A stretch of 61,027 nt of DNA, the filler included, from Sphacelaria rigidula (Eukaryota), in assembly GCA_964200075.2 (NCBI GenBank). It is 6 parts of 6 records of this genome, joined end to end, with 100 filler letters (N's around TTAATTAATTAA, not from the genome) between each part and the next. Parts side by side here need not be neighbours in the genome. Positions count along the whole stretch, not along the records: positions 1 to 10,090 come from CAXNAA020007169.1; positions 10,191 to 20,279 come from CAXNAA020007170.1; 4 more parts are not named here. One strand, given 5' to 3'. Made by a program: the position numbers and the translations under genes. Positions 1 to 10,729 of the stretch are shown piece by piece. The notes under the pieces are model-generated. The model did no database searches. It was given only the letters and a program-made list of their open reading frames with translations, and was not told the origin of the DNA. The stretch's first letter is position 1. Each line of letters starts with the position of its first letter.

Positions 1-650
1 CTATGTTCCCACGGAGCATCAACTAGCCGATATCGGGACCAAGTTTTTGAGCAAGCGTCGTCTTCGTTTTCTCATCGATAGGATCAAAAACTTTGGATGA
101 TGAATATTTGGCAACTATGTTTATGTGTATGTGTATATTTAGTAAGAAAAAAGGTTAACAATCGAGTATCGCAATTCACAGGCAACTTTCATTGAAGGGG
201 AGTGTTAAGGAATTGTCTACACATTCCTCTATGTAGTCAATGTACAGTAGCACTGTTCACGCACTGCTCATTGTTGTAGTGTTGTACATTGCATAGTCGG
301 TGTAATATGTGTCGGTTGGCATGTAACGTATGCGGAGGAATACGCCTACATCTGTAGAGCAGAACTTGAGCTGTGCTCGAGCTCACTCCTTGTTTACCTT
401 CCTGGTTGTCTGGGTTCCTTATCGTCTATAAGAGCACCATCTTCCCTGGACAATCAGCAGCCTGTGTCTGTCTGTTCTATTTGTGTTGGCCGCAAGCGCC
501 TTGTTTTAAACATCAAACCATTGTCTTCTGCTCTGAAGTACTGCGGTACTTCTGCATCCAAGCTTCTCGTCTCCTGGATCCGGCTACCGTCGGTGGAGTT
601 AAGCCTCTGATCCCGCGTGCAGGGATACCCACACAACTATATCCCCAATA
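1..650 (+). mobile_element. 3' end of a Ty1/copia LTR retrotransposon (RNase H C-terminus, polypurine tract, 3' LTR)
   Basis: 2..100 translates YVPTEHQLADIGTKFLSKRRLRFLIDRIKNFG*, matching the copia RNase H terminal motif YVPT..QLADI.TK. Purine tract GAAGGGGAG at 194-202 abuts a TGTT start at 203. The LTR right end (AATA, ~650) is approximate. Confidence 0.8.
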
Positions 651-990
651 GGTCGTGGTCGAGCCGGGGCGATTTTCAGCAGGAGTAGCAACGGGTTACA
701 AGACGGGATGTATACGAGATGGGTGTAACTCACACAGGCTCTGCTAGCTAAAAAGATAGGTCAGCGGGCCTTTGCGCGCAACTTGTGCCCGAGTCGACGC
801 GACAAGGTAAACTCTCGACCACCAAGGACAATGACAGCACGTCTGTGCGGCAACTCCACTTTTGGTAACAACAGGTGGAAAAGCTCCTAAATATATACTA
901 TATTAGGGTATATGTATATACACATATTTCGTGCACCGCCGTTGACAGCAGCGCGCGCGATATCATGCACCGTACTCCATATATTCTCAC

Positions 991-3900
991 CGATAAGACT
1001 TTGCCCGTCCGCAATGCCCCGACCGTCGTCCTCGACGAGCAGTGCGCTGCGATGCTCACGCACTCTTCGAAGCACGCGAGGGCCAGCTCCGACAGCGATT
1101 CCGTGGGCATGACTGCGCGCCCTCCCCCCTTTTTCTTGTCCCCCCCGCCCACCCCTCCCCCTCCTCCGCCCGCTGCTGATGAGCTCTTGCCCTTTGCCTT
1201 GCCTCCGCCTTTGGCGCTGCTGGACTTTGCGGCGACGACCGCGGCTTTCAACTCGACGGAGCTGTTCCCCTCCACCAACTGCACAAAATTGACGGGGGCA
1301 AGAAACACGCCTGAAATTGAGGCGCGCCATGGCGCAACAGCCAGTTCTCGGAAAATGGAAGGCACACACCAGTACATGAAAGCCCCCTTCACCGCTGTCA
1401 AAGAACAAACACACCACACTCTCTTTAGACGTCACACATTCTTTCACTGTTTCTCCATTATAAACATGCGAGCACCGGCGCACTGCACCTGCCGGAACAC
1501 CTCCTTCAGCAGCAGCGGCGCCAGAATAGTGCACCTCTTTGCGGCAGCCTTGCCCGCTTTGCTAGCGTCCGCTTCGTCCTGAGGGCCGTCGCAAGCGATG
1601 CCCTTCGTCGACTTGCCCCCCCCCACCTCCACGGTGAGCCCTGCTCCCACTGCAGCGGTGGACATGCGCAGCACCCGCAGGTGTCCGCGGCAAGTCTCGA
1701 GAACTAAGCGCTGCAGATCTACATCTTCCTTCACTGCCTAGTATATGGGGGGAATCGGGGGTATGGCCCCGGGTTCCGGTTTAGAAGGGATCGGGGAACG
1801 GGGCGAGTGGAACGGAAATGTCATGAAGGGAGGTTTGGTGTTGTGGTGAGCACTTTCATGGATAGTACATGGGCTGATTTTGACGCTTTGACCGTTGACA
1901 CAGAACAGCCGCAAGACACACCGGGGAGGTGATGATCTCGATTTACGTCATGGCTTACGCAGTACTTCGGGAGCAAGGTGCCAGGTGTCTTTATAACCCA
2001 CAAAAAAACAGAAAGAAAAAAAAAAACGGTGATCGACATCCGACGCGCGATCTCAGCAAGGTGTTTTCATCCAAAATCACACCCACCAACGTCGGAGGAT
2101 CCTGAGAACCCGGGTTAACCACGGCAACATCCTGCTCCGTATCGCCCTCGGTATCATCTCTCTGCTCTTCGGTGCCGTCGCCCTCGTTGTTCAACACCGT
2201 CAACATGTCTTCGACGAATGAAATTCCAAGGCAAGGCATACCCCCGGGGTAAAGCGTGAGCCCAAAAGAGCCAGCAATCGAAAACCCGGGAAACCCCGCG
2301 CTTCCTCCGCCAAAGCCCCCGTTCCCGACATTCTCCGAGTCTCCACCACCACCATCACCAGTACCACTACCACTGCCAAAACCATGACCGCTGCTGTTGC
2401 TGGTTCCTCCGATACCAGATTTTTTAGTGCCACGTTGTTGTGCTAGGGTGGGCAAGGAGGGTCGCACGAGCTCCAGCAGGGTCTGCCGTCGGTCGAAAAG
2501 CGCCAGAAGGCGGCGTACGCTAGACGACTGTGGATGCAATCTCTTGCACACATCCCCACGTCGCGCGGTGGTCGCGGGTGCACGGTGTTCGGGCGGGAGA
2601 AGCGCCCCTTGCATCAGGGCCTCATATGAGCCGCAGAGCAGAGCAGCCGATGCCAGGTTGCCTTTGGCAACGGTCTCTCCTGCGGGCGAGAATACAGACA
2701 CCTTATCGAGGCCAAAGTCTTCCAATTTAGAGCTGGAAACTGCGCCTGACAGCCGACGCAGGTCCTGTTCCAGCGCGTTGAGACCCTCCTGGAGTGTCTC
2801 TGCGGCCGCCGAGAATTCCGCTCCGGCCGCCCTGCTTTCATCATCCAACATGCTGTCCCCTCCTGACCCTCTTGCCTCACCAACTCTGTCTTCGTGAGTC
2901 GCCAGATTCTCCCTCCCCAAAGCGAGCATGCGGTAAAGGCAGCCGATTAGGAGCGGGAGGGGCTCCACAATATCTCCGCTGTGGGTGTCTATGCAACGCG
3001 ACAACAATAGAGGCGACTCACTGCCGCCGCCGTCGCCGCCGCCGGAGGCCCGTGTTCCTCCGCCATTCCTCCCGTCCAACGGCAACAAAGTGACATAGCG
3101 ACGGAGGTGACCTGTCAGCAGTGACACTGTGTCAACCTGAAGTTCGAGCGAACTGTCAGGATCAGGCCAGAAGTAGGAGTAGGGGGCAAAAAGTACGTCG
3201 ACAATCGCTGTGGTTGTTGATTGCACTGCGGTGACAAAAAAAACAGCAGGGTATGGCATGAACCGATGAATACCAGTATGCGCGTATATTGAACCGTCAC
3301 ACGGCACGACTCCCACCCCCAAAGCCGCACTTACCCATGAATGAACCCCGTGAGAAGACCGTCATACAACCTTGCCCGTACCACCAGTTGCTGCGTCAAG
3401 CACCGCCGTAGTAGGCCGAATCCCTCCGCCAGCGACAGCGAAGAACCGCCGCCACCACCAAGGCCTGCGCCCAAGCTAACTGACCCCTGGCTTGGGCTCG
3501 TTTGACTTGACTGACTGAGCTGCGTCCCTCCGTAGCCCGAAAAGGCTCGTCCGCCCCCCCCGCCGCCGCTTCCACCATTCTCGTTGCCGTGACTCTGGAC
3601 CCCTAACAGCAACACTAGGCCACCGACGGCGACCAATCGAGCTCGCTCTTCGCGACTGAAGAGCGCTTTGCGTAGCGGGAGCACGACGCTGTCTTGCAGG
3701 CGAGGGCGCAGCCTCAGTAACGGCGCGACGGCGCGGAGAAAGCGCTCGGCGACCGGGGGGGGCAAGACGGATACATAACCAAAAACGTCTCGGACTGCCT
3801 CAGCGTCCTCCAAGAGGAGGTTCGGATTACGCTCGGCCAGTAGACCTAGGAGTTTCACGTACCCCATGACCCCCTGTGAGCGAGCGGTGACCTGTTCTAG

Positions 3901-6890
3901 TACCGAGGTGAGCACCTGGCGGCGCACAACCTGCTTCCAAAGATGCGATTTATGTAGGAAGGGGTGTGATGACAAGGGTATTATGCTGCACGTTCCGGCT
4001 ATTTTGTTGTCGCCTACTCGTTGGGTGAACATGTGTACGAAATTTGAGAAAAGGAGCAAGGAGCAAAGACACGAAGGAGGAGGTGGCCGTTTTGTGCACG
4101 GTGGTTGTGCACGGCAAGCGCCATGATATAATACTCTGGCGTGTATCCACTGCAAACACTGGAGTGGTTAAGGCTATCAATATGTCAGTGAAGTGGCTGA
4201 ACACGAAAATCCATTTGCGGAAAAAGCAAAAAGCGGTTCAACACACCTCGTGAGTCTTGAAAGTTTCCATCAAAATAACTCTGCCGAGGCGAGACGCGCG
4301 CAACGCAGCCCGTTGGCTCTGCGACCCCTGAAGCTTCTCCAGCATACCTTTGGCACCACCCGCAGCAGAGCCCCCACCACTCGCTAGAAGGCCGCCACGA
4401 TCAAGCAGCTGCAGACCGAGCTTCAGCAGACTAGCCACCAAATGGTCCCAACCACGGCTAGATCGCACCACCGTCAAGAGCACATTCTCTACAACCCCAG
4501 CTGATGAATCCGAGGACGCACCACCAGCGGCGACATCGTCGTCGCTACCGTCCTCCGCGTTGTTTTTACCAGTAACCCCCTTCACGGAAGCGGATCGGCG
4601 CGTGCCTCGCGCGGATTGTTCTTCCACCTCCAGCCATGCAGACCCTTCTCGAGTGTGGTCGTACGCCAGGCACTCCGTCACTATGTCTTGAACTAGATTT
4701 AACACAGGTTGACAGAAGCGTTGGATGCGCGCCATGGATAGGAGGAGAGCCACGCGGAAGGGCGAAAAAGCGCGAGCGATCTCGGAAGCGGCCGCTCTCT
4801 TCTGGAAACCTTTGAGCAGACAGGTTGCCAAGCTATGGTCTTGCTTCATCGCGAAGTTGAAGTGGAGCAGGATGGTACCCTCCACGAAATGCAGCTCCTC
4901 TGTGCTACTTACGCGGAGTCGACTACCGGCACCGCCGCCGTTGGCGGAGCGCATCGGGATGTGCCCGTTCGCAGCCGTCGAGTCCTCGCGGTCAGCCGCC
5001 TCGACAGCACTGTCCAGGCGATCGAATACACGTATCACACCCTCCAAAGCGGCCTCCTTGCAGCCCCTGTCCCGACGGTACAAGTCGAACAGGGAGGGCG
5101 CCGAAAATGACATACGAGGCGAGTGCGCAATTTCCAGGCACACCCCAGGCGGGCAAAACACAGACAACAACGGCAAAACGAGGAAACTTGAGGAACAGTC
5201 CAAGAGTCAGTCCAAGATTGTCCCACAGAAATCTCACAGCGGACCAAGTTTTACCTGCCAGCCAGGAGCAGGAGCTGGTACGTCAATGGCGGGAGATCAT
5301 GTAACTCCGCTCTCCTGCGCAAATGTCGAAGCACTCGATTCACGGCTACACGCAGATGCCGCTCACCAAGGTCCAGGTCTCTCAGCGCCTGGCACATGCC
5401 AATCGCGACGGCGCTGGGCCAACGCGCACGGAATAACCGCGAAACGACGCGGTCTTTGTATTGGGAGCCAGACAATCCGCGCACGAGCTCCGGGACAGGT
5501 GGACCTTGTCCCAACGCCGCCACGCCGTTCGTGAGCCCCATGGCCTTTGGTAAAAGTTCGAGAGCGAGCAGGAAGCCAGACGCGGCGGTTTCGCTCATCG
5601 GCATTATTGTGCCACCTGCGTCTGTCCGTCCATGTGCGGGGATGCCTCGTGCCCGCCGAGAGGCTTGCAGGAGTGGAGAGAGTATGGAGTCCACCACGAG
5701 TGGCACTTGGTCTGTGGAGATGTCGTCCAGCTCGGAGAGGAGGACGCCTAGCAATTGGCGTGCGGGTTTGTCAACCACAAGGGCTGTGTGCATCGCCTGT
5801 ACGTGGAAGGATTGGAGAGCGCAGACGTTGCGCTTCGTCAAGTCAGATGTGATGGACGTGTTGTCGTGATCGCGCCACTCCCGTGCATCACGTAGGATGC
5901 ACCGCGAATTCTTGCCAATTTCCATCATTTGTATGCATTCTCTCAAGGCGAGAGCTCACATGATGTTTCTCCAGTGAGCGGTGTGGGGCGGCGTCGACAT
6001 CAAGGGTTAGCTTCCAATGTCTACGCAATGCTCGGCGATCAGATCGCGATGGAACAACTAACCCACCTACCCGAGAATAGAGCACATGAAAATAGCAATA
6101 TATGTGCAATTCTCGGGAACCGTAGGTAAGGCACCGTACCGAGCATGCCCCCGGTATTTACCGGGTTTTTACCGGGGTATCCCATACCGTGGTATGCGTG
6201 GGTAACGTAGGTGTGAGTTTTTCAAATGTCCGATCGAGCGGGTACGGTAGGTATTGAAATCTCGAAATACCTTGGTATCGGAGGTACCGGAGGTATGAGT
6301 TTTGAAAATACCTGATTGAGCGGGTACGGTAGGTACTGGTATCTCGAAATACCGTGGTATCGGAGGGATCTGAGGTACGACATTTGAAAATACCCGATCG
6401 AGCGGGTACGGTAGGTATTGGCATCTCGAAATACCGTGGTAAAACAGTGCAGTTGTACAGGTACTCGATGTCCAACGGTGGATTCTTGGACGTCGCAATG
6501 CCGTGGATCCAACAACGACGACATTTTCACCTCGATACACCTTATGGCCACCTCCCCTTTCTTGGAAGAGTTTGAGAGAGCTGCGCAGCTCATCACAGCC
6601 TTGACAAAGTCAACAAAACGTCCACGCGCAGCCAATTCCCGCGATGCCTTCGCCGAAAAGAGCTCCGACGTCGGTTTTACAGCTAGTTCCCTCATGAGAG
6701 CAGCAGTGTCTGTGTCAGCATGCAGCGCAATCGAGCCGGCAGTGAGATTGGGACTGCGAAGGTTGAGCATGCTGCTACCCGACAAGTGACTGTTGCTTCC
6801 CTCATGTTCCACAGCTGCAGCCTCTGATGTCTGTGTAAGCTTGCTGGCAATAAAACGCTCCCACAGTGTTCCATCACCAGGACTACCCAT
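991..6890 (-). CDS. FANCI: Fanconi anemia group I protein, 5' part; 7 predicted exons, 3' end outside this piece
   Basis: Phase-consistent GT-AG exons: 6890-6531, 5796-5255, 5066-4247, 3930-3335, 3152-2087, 1737-1489, 1278-991. Motifs match human FANCI in order: DLPPLTYQLLLLA, HFVEGTILLHFNFAMKQD, FSPFRVALLLSMARIQRF, GWDHLVASLLKLG, ILMETFKTHE, LRKALF (monoubiquitinated Lys), S/TQ cluster TQLSQSSQTSPSQ, LLRRCLTQQLVVRARLYDG, EPLPLL. Start codon uncertain. Confidence 0.92.
6186..6440. repeat. ~82-bp tandem repeat (about 3 copies) in FANCI intron 1
   Basis: GAGCGGGTACGGTAGGTA...TCTCGAAATACC recurs at ~6237, ~6318 and ~6400. Confidence 0.85.
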
Positions 6891-7517
6891 GCTTTCTGAA
6901 GGTGATACAAGCTATGCACGCTAGCGCGGGCCATCGTTCAAATTTGCAGCGTGGATTTGAATTCTTCATATGCTTACATCAACGTCATTATCCACATTGG
7001 CTTCTTGCCTTGTCGCACCACATTGCGGAAGTCTTTTATTTTAGTCTCAATAGGGAGCTGGAGAAGATAAAAGTTATTGAAAACCACATTATATTATAAT
7101 TATATCACGGGCTGATGTTTGGCTGTGCATTTCACACTCCCATTGCGGTCTTGAACTTTGTTTCGGAATCTTGTCTTCCGACCGCGGGTTTGATTATTAG
7201 TAACTATGCACCATAAAAATGAAATTGAGCCGGTTGACTGTCAACTCTCTCGTTGTAGTCGGGTGTAGTTGCTGTTCTTCGACACGGCTTGAGGAAGAAG
7301 GAGAAAAAGGGCACGCACCAGGGGAAGGTGGGAGGGTTTATTTTCAGATTTTTACTGGTGGCTCTGCTTGAAGGTTGACTTACTGACGGTGACAGAATTG
7401 CTTTTCCACAAAAGACGTACACTATAGGGAACGACCGCTACGGCGACAACCCGAACACAGATTGCTCGTTGCCAAGCCGCCACCCTTGCTGCGCAGAACA
7501 GGAGGACACCAGGAACC

Positions 7518-8444
7518 ATGGCTGTTGCCTGCGCTTATGACGATCCTCTGGAGGATCTCTCTGAACCTGAGCGCTTGGCTCTGGCGGTGCGCTTCGGTCG
7601 CGTCCGCATGTGCGCCGCCCTGAGTCACGGGCACAGCTTCGAGCAGAGCATCTTCAAACTGCCGGCGAAGTGCGCCGCCTGCCAGGAGGTCGTGTGGGGA
7701 CCTTTTAACCGAGGTTGCACTTGCCTTGTCTGCAAACTAACGGCGCACCGGGCGTGCACGGGCTTGAAGACCATGCCTCCCTGCCCCACGAAAAATCTCT
7801 TTAAGGATTACTGCCGCTCAGAGCGGAGCTTGAAACGACCCAACCCGACTGCGGCTGCCGCTGCACCCGCTGCTGCGAGCGTGCACGCCGGACAAAACAA
7901 GTGCCCCACGAACGGCAGTTTTTCAGGAGAAACTCCGCAGCTCGCCGTCACAAGAGACGCGGACCACGAAGACCAGAGTGGCGCCGGCGGTAGTGTTGCG
8001 GGAGCCGACCTCAGCGAGTGGGCTGAGGTGGAAGGAGGGAAAAACGCCGAGGAAGAATCGATTGGCTTACCAGCGCGCGGAGTGCGGCAGCATTCTTCGT
8101 CACCGGCGCTGTTATGCCCGCCGCCGCCAGCTTCGTCTTTGCAGGAGATTCGAGACCGCAGCTCGTCTTTCTCATGGAGCCCGTTTGGTGGCGGGAGCGG
8201 GGGCGGGGGGTTGCGGAAGCGTTTGCTCACCCCCAACGACCACTCTTACGAGAAGCTACCCACCACCGCCGCGTCTGCTGCTTCAGGCGACGATGCGTCC
8301 AATGGCGATGATGAGGCAACCGGTGTTTCCGCCGCCGAGACGACCGTGACCAGTCCGTCCGTGCTGTCAGGTACAGAGAAATCTCCGGCCGCGGAGGATG
8401 AGGCGCGCATCTCGTCACCTGCCACTGCCAAAGATGCGCGAGAA

Positions 8445-8476
<32 letters not shown>

Positions 8477-8890
8477 GCAGCAACAAAAACAGGAACAGGA
8501 ACAGGAGCAGGAGCAGGAACAACAACCTTCAGGAGCAGAACGAGATGAAGTGGGAGAACTTGGTAAAGATGGAATGTCCATGGCTGGCCTATCTGGGTTT
8601 GGCAAGATAAGCGTCGCTGGAGGTGTCGTTGGCGCCGTAATCGCGGGCCCTGCAGGCGCTATGGTCGGACTGAAACTTGGGGCCGTAATCGCGGCAGGTA
8701 GGTGGAGCGCGCAGGGCCTGTGGAAGCGGATCGAAAAGGACAGGAAAGAAGCCGGCGCGGAGGGTGACGTTGTCGGTGGACAGGTGGCAACGGGGAAAAC
8801 GGGAGATGGGGCGACTACCGCAACAAAGACGGGTGACGTTTGGGCGCTGATCGCGGCGAGGGTTGAGAGCGAGAACAAGACAGCGAAATG
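7518..8890 (+). CDS. Protein with PKC C1 (phorbol-ester/DAG-type) zinc finger, low-complexity/polyQ linker and glycine-zipper segment; probable first exon
   Basis: HSFEQSIFKLPAKCAACQEVVWGPFNRGCTCLVCKLTAHRACTGLKTMPPC fits the C1 consensus (H, CxxC, CxxC, H, C, C). Q/QE run at ~8445-8525. Glycine zipper VAGGVVGAVIAGPAGAMVGLKLGAVIAAG. Plausible donor TG|GTGGG at 8890/8891; otherwise the ORF ends at 8951. Confidence 0.75.
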
Positions 8891-10090
8891 GTGGGAACAT
8901 GGATTGTGTACGCGTACGGCGGTAATAGCATCGCTGTGTGCACAAGGCTGATATTTATGCCTATATATGTAGATACACAATCATAACCCGAATATGTGCC
9001 GATACCGGAATGCTTGGTCCAACGCCTCCAGTGGCCAAGTGAACAATTTAATCCCGCCGCGTCTTCACGGTAGGCCTCTAGCCACGTCTGCCTCAACTGC
9101 TACAGGATAGCCACAGCTCTTGCGTAGTGCGGGTTGTAACCTATTCGGTCGTGCAGCGTATGTTAATGTTGTTTCACAACTTTCAGCGTGGAAAGCGAAA
9201 ACTCCAACGGCATGACTGTGGCAAGGTTTGGTATCTATTCGCGTCAGGGTTCGTTTTCGGTTGCGCTCCAATCGGAGCACACTGCCACCTGGCGAATGCA
9301 ATGTTTTGGACCCTGGCACGCAAAACCTTGTTTGAGGTACAGAGATCCAGCTGAATGTTCGATGGTTCTTCCATCAATCTTGCCATCATGGATCGCTACA
9401 ATGTACGTTGAAAATCATAATGCATTGTGTTAGCAAGTGAAAATTATGTCAACAACGTCAGACCAGGTTGGCGGTGTTGTGGTCACAAAGATTTTCTACT
9501 GTTTACGGCTGACTAACATATTTACACGTACAAACATGAAGAAGCGCTCCTAACAATCAGGGGGTGCTTGAACACCAAGACCCCCAAAGTCGAAGTATAA
9601 TGGTCTCATGAGGGTGGTTCCCAACGAATAACCTGCGCTCCTTAGGTGCGTGGAGTTGTTTCCTGGATTCTTTTGACGCACTATTCGGTGGAAACCACCG
9701 CTCTCACACTCCACCCCAGCCCAGCCTCCCAAAACTCGTGGTGATGGACAACATCGCTGAAAAAAAACAAGCAAAAAGACATCGCAAGCGAGGAGAGCAC
9801 GCGATGTTCGAATAGACAGACTTCCACTCAACTGAGGGTGAAATTGACGCTAGTGCTTAAATGCGGTGTGTCGGCAAATATTTTGCTTCTGAGGGGCTGA
9901 ACTTTTTGTGGTAACGAGCGAAAGCATGAGGCGCGTGATTCTATGTCAGGAGATGCGACTCACAACTCAATCGTGATGCAAAATACCGCACTGTAGTTTC
10001 CCTCCGGGAGGGGGGGGGGGGGGGTACCCATGATCATGCATGCCATAGTCATAAGACCATTGACCTCGCAACCCTACAAAGCCGGGACGG

Positions 10091-10190
10091 NNNNNNNNNN
10101 NNNNNNNNNNNNNNNNNNNNNNNNNNNNNNNNNNTTAATTAATTAANNNNNNNNNNNNNNNNNNNNNNNNNNNNNNNNNNNNNNNNNNNN
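10091..10190. other. Artificial assembly spacer (N44-TTAATTAATTAA-N44)
   Basis: Six-frame stop linker inside an N run; same spacer occurs five times. Confidence 0.97.
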
Positions 10191-10326
10191 CAACGACGAT
10201 CTGACTCGAAATTTCGAGCAACAAATGCCCCAAAATACCCCCACCCCTATCGTAGGATGGCTCTTAGGGGGATATTACAGATTTATTGGTCGTTTTCCAG
10301 TCGACTAGGTTCCATGCGTCATACTT

Positions 10327-10729
10327 TGTCATGCGTGGTACCTGATGGGTCATACTACATTGTGTGGTTGGATTGAGCTGGCTGCCCCCATGTGTTACAA
10401 CGTTTTGGACTGTGCATCTCAACTAGCAAAGCACAAGTTAGCCTGTGCGCCAATAATACCACAGCATCTACGCCATCACGGACTGCGGTATCAGAGGGAT
10501 CCCTGGTCTTTTTACAATGTAGGCCCGACCTCCATGCAACATATATTGTGCTGCCTCCGGCGAGCCTCAAGGGCATGCAGCCCGACGACCGGTGAGCCTG
10601 ACTGACTCTACACTCGGTAAAATCGAGCTCAATGGATTCGATACCCATGATTGTGTTTGGGCCCGCTAGCCCCCGGTGCCCACTGAACTGGCACCTTCCT
10701 ACCTAGGTGGTGAGTATCGAACCATGACA
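10327..10729. mobile_element. LTR-like segment (403 bp) nested in the RNase H region of gypsy element A
   Basis: Perfect 7-bp inverted termini TGTCATG...CATGACA. The pol similarity (…VRPILYI) breaks off exactly at 10729/10730. Confidence 0.6.

Noticed and set aside
875-5869. Long plus-strand ORFs (875-1582, 2397-2897, 4725-5534, 5396-5869)
   Set aside because: Antisense shadows of GC-rich FANCI exons.
10135-10146. TTAATTAATTAA palindrome recurring every ~10.19 kb
   Set aside because: Synthetic six-frame stop linker inside N runs.
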